Shown: piece after piece, positions 9,303-18,512 of the stretch | Position numbering within the stretch: position 1 is the first letter of the stretch | How the letters are laid out: every line of letters starts with the position of its first letter | Assembly: GCA_965203175.1 (NCBI GenBank) | Contig: OZ241867.1 | Span: 4,704,001-4,768,000 of the forward strand | Length of the DNA: 64,000 nt | Direction: 5' to 3' | Source: Candidatus Latescibacterota bacterium | GTDB taxonomy: Bacteria > Latescibacterota > UBA2968 > UBA8231 | Translations under genes and position numbers: made by a program | The notes under the pieces: model-generated | The model's database searches: none | Told to the model about the DNA's origin: nothing | The model's input: only the letters and a program-made list of their open reading frames with translations

Positions 9303-11183
9303 ATGAAAGTAGCGCGCTTCCTTTCCTTATCCTGGATTTTTTCTTTGGCGCTCGGTTTTTGGGCCGGCCCAGCCTCGGGTCTGACCATTTACCGGTTCGG
9401 CGGCGAAGATCGGCCCAAACCCCCTGAGGAAGGCCAGGCCGGGGTGGACTTCAGACAATTGAGCTGGATGAATTTCGATGCCGAACCTCATGGGGAAACC
9501 ATTGACTTGGCCGTAGATAGTACCGGCATCCAGCCCCTCAAGCGCAATCCAGACTTCAACATAGCCCCCGGAATCGAAGAGAAAGGAGGGGCACATTTAA
9601 GGGCCAATATAAATAGAGAAGTGTGGGATGGTGATACGGGTACTTTCTGGCTGGCGGAAAAGTATCTGTGCGCCGATCACAGTATCAGATCCGGGGCCTG
9701 CACCGATGATTTCAGTCGGGCGGGCACGGCCAATATCTACCTAGGCGGTCTCTACAACATCGACCGGATTCGGGTGATATCCGGATTTACCGACCCGGGC
9801 CGAACCGTGGGCATCCTCCGCGTCCACCTCGGCCCGCGCCCCATAGTCAACTACGGCATCGTCCCGCCGAAATCGCCCTATATTGTCGAAGTGAGAGACA
9901 ACCGGGAGCAAATCCTCGACATTCCCATCCCATCGCACGAGGCAGTAGAGTTTGTCCAGGTGGCCTTGGCCGAGCACAACACGGACTGGGAAGTGAACGA
10001 GATCGAAGTCTACGCCAAGGGGTTCGTCAAACAGGCCACTTATATTTCCGATGTCATCGATTTCGAGCGGCCTATGGCTTGGGGAGACCTGCGCTGGTCC
10101 GGGGTTCAGGAGGCCGGAGCCCAAGTTCTCATCCGGACCCGCAGCGGCCTAGACGACGATGCGGACGTATTCTGGCGCTTCACCGGTCGCGGCAGCAAAG
10201 CCGAGGTGAGTCGCGCTAGCTATAGCGACCTCAAACTCAATGAACGGGCCGGCATCACCCACGACCTCGACCACTGGACCTTTTGGTCGGCCCCCTATGA
10301 CTTTGCCGACAGCAGCGGCACGCCGGTCGTGTCGACAAGCCCCAGACGCTACCTCCAGTTCAAGATCGACTTCCTGCCCCGTGAAAACGCCGGCGGCCGG
10401 GTGGGTTTCGTGGAGTTGCGCGCCTCCGAGCCGGTGGCGACTAACCTAGTGGGCGAGGTCTGGCCGGTCGAAGCAAAAGTAGGGCAGCAATCGTCCTTCA
10501 CCTATGCGTTGCGGCCGACGATTCACTCAGGCGATGTCGGCTTTGACCGGCTGGAAATCGAGACTTCCTCAATTATCAGCGCGGTGGAGGCGGTGCGCAT
10601 CGGCGACGCGCCCGTGGCCTTTACAGTAGAAGCCGAGGAGCCGCATCGGCTGGCGGTCAGTTTCCCGCGCCTCCAGGAGCAGGACTCGGGGACGCTGGTC
10701 GAGGTCGACTTCGCAGCACAGGTGCTGCGCTACGGAGCAATCTTTGCGGCGCAGGTGTCGGACAGCGACCAGCCTTTAGAGGTGCCGCAGGGGGTCAATC
10801 CGGGAGACGCTACGACGAAATACGAGGGCAACCGGGTGTCGGTGGCCACCGCCGCGCAGGAGCAGAGGCTGTTGCAGGTGCGAGTCGAGCCGACCATTTT
10901 TACGCCCAATGGCGATGGCCGCAACGACGAGATAGGCATCTTCTATCACATCTTGGAGATTACGGGCAGTGCGCAGGTAGCAGTGGAGGTGTGGGACTTG
11001 TCGGGTCGCCGGGTGCGGCGGGTGTATTCGGGCGCGGATGGAATCGGCGAGTACGAGCGGGCGTGGGATGGTCGGGACGAGGCCGGCGGTTTGGTGCCGC
11101 CAGGGATTTACCTGTATCGAGTTTCGGTCGATGCCGATCGGGAAAAGGTCGAAAAAACTGGCGTCTTGTATGCCGCGTACTGA
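9303..11183 (+). CDS. Secreted protein with FlgD/gliding-motility-type C-terminal domain (short class)
   Basis: Signal peptide, discoidin-like region, RTRSG...WTFWSAPY module, FTPNGDGRND...WDGRD...PPGIYLY, ends LYAAY. Confidence 0.8.
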   Translation: MKVARFLSLSWIFSLALGFWAGPASGLTIYRFGGEDRPKPPEEGQAGVDFRQLSWMNFDAEPHGETIDLAVDSTGIQPLKRNPDFNIAPGIEEKGGAHLRANINREVWDGDTGTFWLAEKYLCADHSIRSGACTDDFSRAGTANIYLGGLYNIDRIRVISGFTDPGRTVGILRVHLGPRPIVNYGIVPPKSPYIVEVRDNREQILDIPIPSHEAVEFVQVALAEHNTDWEVNEIEVYAKGFVKQATYISDVIDFERPMAWGDLRWSGVQEAGAQVLIRTRSGLDDDADVFWRFTGRGSKAEVSRASYSDLKLNERAGITHDLDHWTFWSAPYDFADSSGTPVVSTSPRRYLQFKIDFLPRENAGGRVGFVELRASEPVATNLVGEVWPVEAKVGQQSSFTYALRPTIHSGDVGFDRLEIETSSIISAVEAVRIGDAPVAFTVEAEEPHRLAVSFPRLQEQDSGTLVEVDFAAQVLRYGAIFAAQVSDSDQPLEVPQGVNPGDATTKYEGNRVSVATAAQEQRLLQVRVEPTIFTPNGDGRNDEIGIFYHILEITGSAQVAVEVWDLSGRRVRRVYSGADGIGEYERAWDGRDEAGGLVPPGIYLYRVSVDADREKVEKTGVLYAAY

Positions 11184-11194
11184 AAGGTACCTGC

Positions 11195-13765
11195 GAGGAA
11201 TTGCGTTAGACTCTCAGTACACACTGGCCACGACGGTAGCCACCGTAGATTCACCAATACCCTCCGCGTCCACCTCTGGCCCCACCCGGCAGATATACAA
11301 GCCAGGCGGCAACAGCACTCCATCCCGATCCCGGCCATCCCAACTCACCTCCTGCACACCAGCGGCGTGCGCCACGGACTGCGCTCGACGGTGCACTAGC
11401 GATCCGTCGAGCGCATAGACCTCCAATAGCAGCGAAGCCTGTCCCGGCATCTTAAATACGGGAAAGACAAATTTCACCGCATCGTTGATGCCGTCTCCGT
11501 TCGGCGTGAATGGATTTCCCAGTACCTCCATATCGCCTACCAGTCCACCAGCCACTGGCGTCAGCACGGTCAGGCCCTCGCCCGAGGCCGTCGCGTCCAC
11601 TCGCTGCCACACCACCTCCTCTTCCTCGCCCAGTCCCACCGAGACGAGAAAGGCATTGCTCGCCAGATAGAACGCACTCGAAAAGCGCAGCACAACTTGG
11701 GACTCTGGCTCCCGGACCACCTCGGGCAGGCGCACCCACAACGAGTCAACTCCGGTTTTTACCTCCAGTTCATCCACCCAGTATATCTGGCCGCCCCCCA
11801 CCTCCTGTTCGCTCTCTAGGCTCACGGTCACATCCACCAACTCTACCTCGGCGCTCGGAGGCACTTCAAAGAGTACTTGATCGAACCCCATACCCTCCGA
11901 GCCCGCCTCGTTGGGCGGGATCGTCAGCGACAACGCGAACGCTTCGCGGAGACCGCTCTGCTGGGCGCGGCGCGGCGCGATTTCGCCCAGAATCTGATGC
12001 ACCAGCGGATCCCTCAAGCCGATATTGAGGCGGCGCAACACCGCGGATTGGTTGGGATCGTCCGAGAGCAGAGCAGCCTCAATCATTATATAGCGCCGAG
12101 GGCTAGGCGAGGTGATGGCCGCTCCAGGTTGCTCGTAAAACTGACTCCACGGACTCCAATCCGCCTCGTCGGGCACAAAAGCCACTGTCGAATCCCCCCG
12201 CATAAACGACAGCGTCTTGCGATAGTCGGCCTCGGAGATTTCAACCCCCTGTTTGTTGAAGAAATGCTTGTCTTCGGTGAGTCGGTTTCCGGTCCGGGTG
12301 CGGATCTGCAGTTGGGTGCCGGGCGGCGTTTGTGCCTCCCAGGAGATGCTAGAAAGGATGCGGGGGGCATCTCCCAACTCGATCGCCGGCGTTTGCAGCG
12401 TGACCTGCGGCAGAAAACCAAAGCCATAGAGCAAAAGCTCCTTTACACCAGAACGGATCAACCCGGTAGTGACGACGCGATAGTCGAACCTAAAAAAGCG
12501 TCCCTTGATAGGAGAGAAGATATTGGCCTGCATGAAGGTGTTCGTTGGCAGCGACCCGGCGGGCGCAAGAGCCTCGCGGCCAAGCGTGACATCGTCTCTG
12601 CCGCGCGCAACCACGGAGGTAAAGATCTGGCTGCCATCGGGCGCCAGACTGCCATCCGAAAGATTGAGCACATAATTGGGGAATGTGGCACTACCATAGA
12701 CAATAAAGGCGCGGTCAACCCAGTACCAGGTGCCCAAGTCCAATAAGAGGTCCCGATCCCGGTTCTTGATCAACACAGTGAAATCGTCATCTCGACTACC
12801 TATGCCCTTGGTGGAAAATCCCGCTTCTGCACTCCAGACGGTGGTATAATCGCCGTCGACTGCATTGGAATGTCCGCCCGCTTCCCCAAATCCCTTGATC
12901 GACCCGCCGCGCTCCTTCCAGCCCAGACTAATATTCTCCCCCACCGTCCATACCTCCACCTCCACCAACCGAGGACGCTCCGAACGATAATAGCGAATCG
13001 GGCCCTTAAAACGATCCTCCCGTATCGCTTCATACTCCGCCTGAGATACCTCCCGCTCTACCCCCGTCGACTCCCGACGAAAATACAACGCATCCCCCCG
13101 ATCCACCTCCGCCAATCCCTCCCAACCAGAAGCGCTCACCTCCGCCCCACGACGCCCATCGCTGGCCGTGGCCACTATCTGAACATACTGGACTAAATCA
13201 CCACTCAAACCCGAATCCGCCGACTTGGCTGGACGCAAAGCATATTCGAATACCCGCTGCGTCTTGTTCAACCCCTCGCTGCGACCAGCCACCCGGTAGT
13301 TCAGACTCTGACTGCCCTGAAAGGCCTCATCGCCATTGGAGGTGAGCACCTTGAACTGCAAAAAAGGATCGCCTACCCCTTCGGCGACGAATTTCACCAC
13401 CACTTTCTCAGCCCACACCACCCGACCTAGATCCACCTCGACCCACCAGTCGCGCAGCGGCGCGTCCAGCGCTGGCTCCCAGTAGGTTTCCTCCAGACCG
13501 TCCATGAGCTGCGCGGCCCCGGCGAAATTGGTTCCCGCCCGTCGGATGCCCCCGGTCACGTCCTCGCGGCTGAAGGCCCCCGCGTTCAGCGCGGCATTGA
13601 TCTGCCGCTGCACAAAATGGGGGCGAACCCCTTCGGCGCTAAAATCCACACTGCCGGCGGGGAAATTCCACTCCGACCAGTCGCTCTCGCTGATGATTAA
13701 CTGGTTCGGCTCAAGGCGATAGCCCTGGGCCCAGACCGGGGCGCTGAGTAGCAGGGTATAGTGAA
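11195..13765. repeat. ~2.55-kb direct repeat copy 1 (partner ~18513-21035)
   Basis: Long near-identical DNA runs; similarity extends ~20 nt past the stop (gaggaattgcgttagactctcagtacac vs gaggaatttgcgtttatactctcagtacac). Confidence 0.9.
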
Positions 13766-13781
13766 TGAGGCGCAGGTTCAT
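11214..13781 (-). CDS. Secreted protein with FlgD/gliding-motility-type C-terminal domain (long class, copy A)
   Basis: MNLRLIHYTLLLSAPVWA signal peptide, two discoidin-like regions, NPFTPNGDGIND...WDGRD, ends VASVY; near-identical to 18533-21058. Confidence 0.82.
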   Translation of the reverse strand: MNLRLIHYTLLLSAPVWAQGYRLEPNQLIISESDWSEWNFPAGSVDFSAEGVRPHFVQRQINAALNAGAFSREDVTGGIRRAGTNFAGAAQLMDGLEETYWEPALDAPLRDWWVEVDLGRVVWAEKVVVKFVAEGVGDPFLQFKVLTSNGDEAFQGSQSLNYRVAGRSEGLNKTQRVFEYALRPAKSADSGLSGDLVQYVQIVATASDGRRGAEVSASGWEGLAEVDRGDALYFRRESTGVEREVSQAEYEAIREDRFKGPIRYYRSERPRLVEVEVWTVGENISLGWKERGGSIKGFGEAGGHSNAVDGDYTTVWSAEAGFSTKGIGSRDDDFTVLIKNRDRDLLLDLGTWYWVDRAFIVYGSATFPNYVLNLSDGSLAPDGSQIFTSVVARGRDDVTLGREALAPAGSLPTNTFMQANIFSPIKGRFFRFDYRVVTTGLIRSGVKELLLYGFGFLPQVTLQTPAIELGDAPRILSSISWEAQTPPGTQLQIRTRTGNRLTEDKHFFNKQGVEISEADYRKTLSFMRGDSTVAFVPDEADWSPWSQFYEQPGAAITSPSPRRYIMIEAALLSDDPNQSAVLRRLNIGLRDPLVHQILGEIAPRRAQQSGLREAFALSLTIPPNEAGSEGMGFDQVLFEVPPSAEVELVDVTVSLESEQEVGGGQIYWVDELEVKTGVDSLWVRLPEVVREPESQVVLRFSSAFYLASNAFLVSVGLGEEEEVVWQRVDATASGEGLTVLTPVAGGLVGDMEVLGNPFTPNGDGINDAVKFVFPVFKMPGQASLLLEVYALDGSLVHRRAQSVAHAAGVQEVSWDGRDRDGVLLPPGLYICRVGPEVDAEGIGESTVATVVASVY

Positions 13782-13786
13782 CGCAC

Positions 13787-16369
13787 TCAATCCTTGGCCT
13801 GCCGACCCTCGATCCTTTCGAGGAGCCAAAGCGCCTTAGTATGCGCCGGCACCTCGGCCAGCACCTCTCGCGCAGTCTGCTCGGCCAATTCTAGTTGTCC
13901 CGCCTGCAAGGCCTTGTTGCCGCGGTCGACGATCAGGTTGGCCAAGGCGTACAGATTGTGTTTGCGCATTTGTTCAATGCGGGCCATGCGCCTCCCATCG
14001 AGCGCAGCAGAGGCCGCCTTGCTCAAGGGTTTTTCGATCTCGAGCAAGGCACCCACGGTGCGCACCTCGATATCTTGATGCGGATCGAGTTCGTAGTCAA
14101 ATCTAGGCACGTTATCCACGAGAATCCGCCCACCGCGACTTAGACTGCGCAGATCCTCGGCCGACGCTAGGAAGCTCCCCAAGACGCTGTCGGACTCGTT
14201 GAGCCACCCCGTATTCGCGTCCAGTGGGTGCCGATAGTGCAGATCACGGCGAATTTCGGGCCTCCCCAGCCGCTCTTCAAGGGCTGGGATGTCGAGCGCA
14301 AAGGTATCCGCCCGTCGGCCAATCAAGACGAACTCTGGTCCATTGAACCAGAGCTGACTCTGCGGAAAGACGCTGATGAAGGTGGCGACGATGTCGAGCA
14401 CCTGCGGCGTGGAAAGCATCCGCACTGGCACGAATTGTGTCACTAGACCGCCGGGATCTAGCCGCTGTCTGAGGCGCTGGTAAAAATCTTTGGTGTAAAA
14501 GGAAACGACGCCCGGGCGAAAGAGTTGGCCCACTTCAATGCCGATCACATCGTAGCGGGCTTGACTGTGGCGGATGTAATCCCGGCCGTCTTCTGCCAAG
14601 GCGCGCACCCGAGGGTCGTCCAGCCAAGTCGCGCCAAAGTAGCGGCGGGCGAGATCGAAAACAGCTACTTCCACATCTAGGCAATCGAGCCTATGGACAT
14701 CCCACAACAGAAACCGCCCCGCAGCTTGGCCGGTACCCATACCCACTACGAGTACATCCGTCCCATTGCCATCGCCGCGCAACAGCATGGGCAGATGACC
14801 GGCAAAGGTCTGTTGGTTCTTCTTGTTTGAACCCTGCCACAAGCGGTCAATCCCCAGCAGCACCTTGTCTTCGAGTTGCACCACGGCAAGGCTGGCACCT
14901 TGACCCTCCACTACTTCGAGCAGGGTCCCCTCGGAAGACAGATGGTCGTGGGGAAGACTCGTTTTGAGCAGGGTCGCGGCGAGCCCCCACCCGATTACAC
15001 TGAAGGCGATCAGCAAGGCAGCAACTCGCCGACCTAGCTGGCGGCCCGCTCCTGCGGCAAAGGCCACGCAGCCCCCAACAATGGCCATGCCGGTGACCGT
15101 CCTCAGCGCGAGATCAAGCCCCAACCAAGAAAGCCCCCAAGCCATGATCATTGCGCTCGCAATGGAACCTGCGGTATTGATTGCCGTCAGCCGGCCGATC
15201 GTCCAACTCGCATCGGCTACGTTCCTCGACACCAGTCGGACCACGAGGGGAAACGAAGCGCCCGAAGCCAGCGCACCCGGCAGCAACATGGCACCGTGCA
15301 GGCCCATGAAGTGGTTGGCGCTTATCAGCTCTGGAGCGGCCTGCGCGAGCGCCGTCCAGATGTCCCGGGGCAGCTTCATCGCGACTAGGACGCTCAGTCC
15401 TGTGAAAGCCTGAAGGCTGCCGAAGACGACGACTGGATGCCGACTGCGGTCGCACAGCGGCGCAATGACGAGGCTGCCGATGCCGATGCCGAGCAGGATC
15501 ACGACGAGCGGCAGCGTGTACGCGTACACCGAACTGGTAATCATCAAGGGCAGGTAGCGCGCCCACAGAATCTCGATGGCCACGCCGACAAACCCGGTCA
15601 GGAAGAACAAGGGCAGCAGGACGGAGACCTGCTGCATTCTTCCCGCGTCTGTCGCTTGGTCTTCTCGGTTGGACTGCTCAGTAAGAGGAGCGGAGTGCGT
15701 TTGCCAACAGACCAGTAGCACGGCGACGCCACACAGGACATTGAGACCTGCCCCTAGGTAGATAGTCGCGGCGAGCCCCAGAACCGGCAGGGTCGCAAAG
15801 CCAGCTAAGGCAGCCCCAGCGGCAGCTCCCAGCGCATTGATGCCGTAGAGGCCACCCGCAGTGAATCCGAGGCTGCGGTGTCGGCGGATGATCGCCCTAG
15901 CGAGCAAGGGAACCGTCGTCCCCATCAGAACCGTGGGCACGATGATTACGGCTGCCACCAAGGCCAAGCGCGCCAGCGCGATCCATGGAGCCGAGCCATC
16001 GGCCCAGCGATAGAGCATTCCGTAGCCGTCGTCGGCCACGTCCAGCAGTGCGTTGCTCGCTAGGCCCAACACCGCGATGGCCAGTTCGACGATCCCATAG
16101 ATCCGCAACGGACGGTGCAGCGACGTCGACAGACGACCGGCCAAGGCACTGCCCATGGCCAGTCCGAGGAAAAAAACGGCGAGCACCGTTGCTAAGGCGA
16201 AGGTCGTGCTGCCAAAGAACAGTCCGGCCTTTCTGATCCAGCAGACTTCGTAGAACAGGCTCGCGGCCCCCGACAGGAAAAGGCAACTGAGCGCCGTTGC
16301 CATCTCGAATGGAGAAGGACCGGACGCCCCACTGGGGGAAGCAGGCTCTAGCGCGGCCACGTTGGGCAA
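13787..16369 (-). CDS. Fused multi-TM (MFS-like)/spermidine-synthase-like SAM-fold protein
   Basis: FLSGAASLFYEVCW, FGSTT, LYGINALG, many TM helices; VLVVGMGTG, EDGRDY, YDVI, FYTKDFY. Start may be ATG 16303. Confidence 0.88.
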   Translation of the reverse strand: MPNVAALEPASPSGASGPSPFEMATALSCLFLSGAASLFYEVCWIRKAGLFFGSTTFALATVLAVFFLGLAMGSALAGRLSTSLHRPLRIYGIVELAIAVLGLASNALLDVADDGYGMLYRWADGSAPWIALARLALVAAVIIVPTVLMGTTVPLLARAIIRRHRSLGFTAGGLYGINALGAAAGAALAGFATLPVLGLAATIYLGAGLNVLCGVAVLLVCWQTHSAPLTEQSNREDQATDAGRMQQVSVLLPLFFLTGFVGVAIEILWARYLPLMITSSVYAYTLPLVVILLGIGIGSLVIAPLCDRSRHPVVVFGSLQAFTGLSVLVAMKLPRDIWTALAQAAPELISANHFMGLHGAMLLPGALASGASFPLVVRLVSRNVADASWTIGRLTAINTAGSIASAMIMAWGLSWLGLDLALRTVTGMAIVGGCVAFAAGAGRQLGRRVAALLIAFSVIGWGLAATLLKTSLPHDHLSSEGTLLEVVEGQGASLAVVQLEDKVLLGIDRLWQGSNKKNQQTFAGHLPMLLRGDGNGTDVLVVGMGTGQAAGRFLLWDVHRLDCLDVEVAVFDLARRYFGATWLDDPRVRALAEDGRDYIRHSQARYDVIGIEVGQLFRPGVVSFYTKDFYQRLRQRLDPGGLVTQFVPVRMLSTPQVLDIVATFISVFPQSQLWFNGPEFVLIGRRADTFALDIPALEERLGRPEIRRDLHYRHPLDANTGWLNESDSVLGSFLASAEDLRSLSRGGRILVDNVPRFDYELDPHQDIEVRTVGALLEIEKPLSKAASAALDGRRMARIEQMRKHNLYALANLIVDRGNKALQAGQLELAEQTAREVLAEVPAHTKALWLLERIEGRQAKD

Positions 16370-18364
16370 CTATACTTGGGTGAGGAAACTGTCCATGTGG
16401 CCGGTGAAATAATCGATGACCAGCCAGACTCCGGCCGCCACAATTTCTCCGAGGATAAGACCGAGGAAAAACGGGCGTAAGCTGCGGTACAGTTTGGGGC
16501 CGCCATACCGCAGGATGACCAATTTGAGGAACCAAGCGAGGACTACGCTGGCGTAAATGTGACTGGTCTTCCAATTGGCGCTGATCAAATAACCCAGTGG
16601 ACTGAGGGGCCACCATAGGGCCTGGTGCCTGACCCACATCAATCCCGCCATCACCGCCCCGCCAATGCCCATGAATAGCCAGGCGTCGAGGCGAGGGCCC
16701 GTGGGCTCTGCGACAATGCGCGGGGCCATATCCGTGGGGCCAATGCCCCCCTTCCAGCCGAAAAAGAGCGGATTGAGGTTGATGCCGCCGTATTTATAGG
16801 CCAAGTACAAAACCATGTACGTAGAGCCTATTAGACTGACCACAATAGCGATGAGCACGGCCCAGAACAGCCGGCGCTTGGACCCGCCGATGATCTCGCT
16901 CATTTTTAGCCCATTGGCCACCGACGCCATCACAAAAGAGCGGATCTCGGAGTGCCAGCCATAGGAAAAACCCAGCGCCACCAGCCCAGAAGCCCCTAAG
17001 ACTTGGGTGCCGCCCCCCGAGATGACAAAGGTCGAACTCATCACCGGCGGTCTCATGGCCGGGACGCCGCCTTCGGTCACGACGCGGGTCAGGCTGAGAA
17101 AAATTACCATGGCGCTGAAGATGAACATCAGGGTTCCCAACAGCGGCAGGCCGCTTACCGACAGGCCAAAGCCAAAGAGGAACAGCGAACCGAATAGACC
17201 CAACACCGCCTGCCGATAAGACACCACCTCGCCGGAGTCGTCTATTTCGGGGGCGCGTCCAATTGCCTTGCGGAATACATCGCCTAGGTGTTCGCGCGTC
17301 CCCCACAACATGATCAGCACGAAGACGATCATCGCCCCCATGCCCTGATGGGAGGTGTACGTATCGCGAGCGTAGTGGTCTATCCGCTCCGTACTCTGGA
17401 TGCCGACGACGTTGAAGATGCCCTTCTGAATCAGGGTGAGGGTGTGGAAAACCCAGATGGACGCGGAAATGTCGAGACCGACGAAATAGAAGAAGCCGAG
17501 CCAAGATGGACTGAAGGAGAACCAAAGCGTGACTGTGTCGCGGAAAATGGGCAGCCTGAAATCCCGCTCAATGGACGGAAAGGAAGGGGAATAGGAATGC
17601 AGCCCGTTGATACTTATCAGAATAAACGAAAAGGCAAAGGCGACCCACATTGATTTATTGGTAAAGAAGGACTTGCCAATAATTCCCTTTCTCTGCTGCT
17701 GGATCATCTCCATGGGCACCTGGACCAAGGGATAGACCAGTTTTTCGCGGTCCACCCACTGCTTGCGCAGAATGATCATCGTAAACGTCATGACCAGACA
17801 CAGCGAGAGGAAGAAACCGTACCAGTAGGCCAGCGGCACAACCCAAGGCTCCCAGGGAATGGGGGCACCTTGGGGCAGTCCTTCGTAGAAATAGCGCGCG
17901 ACGTCTTCCCCCTGCGGAATGAGCCAGTTGGGTATGAACTGGTTGTACACTTCGGCCCAGTCGTTCTCAGGGGTGGCGTAGTAAATGGGCCCCACCAGTT
18001 GGGGCAGCAGAACCGGCGTCAACCCCATGCTAGGGACGCAGCAGCTCACTATCATCATGATGTAGATAGTGATCAGTTCGGTCTGGCTTAGCGCCAAGGG
18101 CCTGCGGATGAGGGCTACTAGGCCGCTGGCCAGCACCAGAATAAAGAAGAAGAACAGGGCCGCCGGCGTGCTAAAATTCAACGTCAGGTACGACCCGCGT
18201 ATCATGAGGGTGCAATACACATCGAGGAAATTGATCAGAAAGGCGAGCACCGCACCGATCAATATGCCCCTCAGGGGAATGCCGGTGGCACTTTGCTGAT
18301 CAGCTTCCAAGTTGGTCTCTTTCGTCAGGTATTGCAGGTACTCTGCGGGGATTTTCTTTTTCAC
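16370..18364 (-). CDS. DUF6785/DUF6784-like polytopic membrane protein (putative transporter)
   Basis: ELITIYIM, YYATPENDW, ILRKQWVDREKLVYPL, WWPLSPLGY, LRYGGPKLY..LRPFFLGLILGE. Confidence 0.75.
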   Translation of the reverse strand: MKKKIPAEYLQYLTKETNLEADQQSATGIPLRGILIGAVLAFLINFLDVYCTLMIRGSYLTLNFSTPAALFFFFILVLASGLVALIRRPLALSQTELITIYIMMIVSCCVPSMGLTPVLLPQLVGPIYYATPENDWAEVYNQFIPNWLIPQGEDVARYFYEGLPQGAPIPWEPWVVPLAYWYGFFLSLCLVMTFTMIILRKQWVDREKLVYPLVQVPMEMIQQQRKGIIGKSFFTNKSMWVAFAFSFILISINGLHSYSPSFPSIERDFRLPIFRDTVTLWFSFSPSWLGFFYFVGLDISASIWVFHTLTLIQKGIFNVVGIQSTERIDHYARDTYTSHQGMGAMIVFVLIMLWGTREHLGDVFRKAIGRAPEIDDSGEVVSYRQAVLGLFGSLFLFGFGLSVSGLPLLGTLMFIFSAMVIFLSLTRVVTEGGVPAMRPPVMSSTFVISGGGTQVLGASGLVALGFSYGWHSEIRSFVMASVANGLKMSEIIGGSKRRLFWAVLIAIVVSLIGSTYMVLYLAYKYGGINLNPLFFGWKGGIGPTDMAPRIVAEPTGPRLDAWLFMGIGGAVMAGLMWVRHQALWWPLSPLGYLISANWKTSHIYASVVLAWFLKLVILRYGGPKLYRSLRPFFLGLILGEIVAAGVWLVIDYFTGHMDSFLTQV

Positions 18365-18368
18365 ACCA

Positions 18369-18483
18369 CCCTCTGTCCCGAGCGGCTATAGGGACCGGCT
18401 AGTACCTGCCCTACAGTTGGGCAGGCGATGGAGGAATGGAATCAGAGGGACGACGTCCCGCAGGGCCACCAGCCCCTGCGGGA
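18369..18483 (-). promoter_or_regulatory. Multi-hairpin intergenic leader, possible cis-regulatory RNA
   Basis: Stems CCCTCTG/CAGAGGG (18369-75/18443-49), GTCCC/GGGAC, CCTGCCC/GGGCAGG (18405-11/18419-25), TCCCGCAGGG/CCCTGCGGGA (18456-65/18474-83). Confidence 0.35.
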
Positions 18484-18512
18484 TTGACGGCCTGCGCTGC
18501 GGCAACGCCGGG

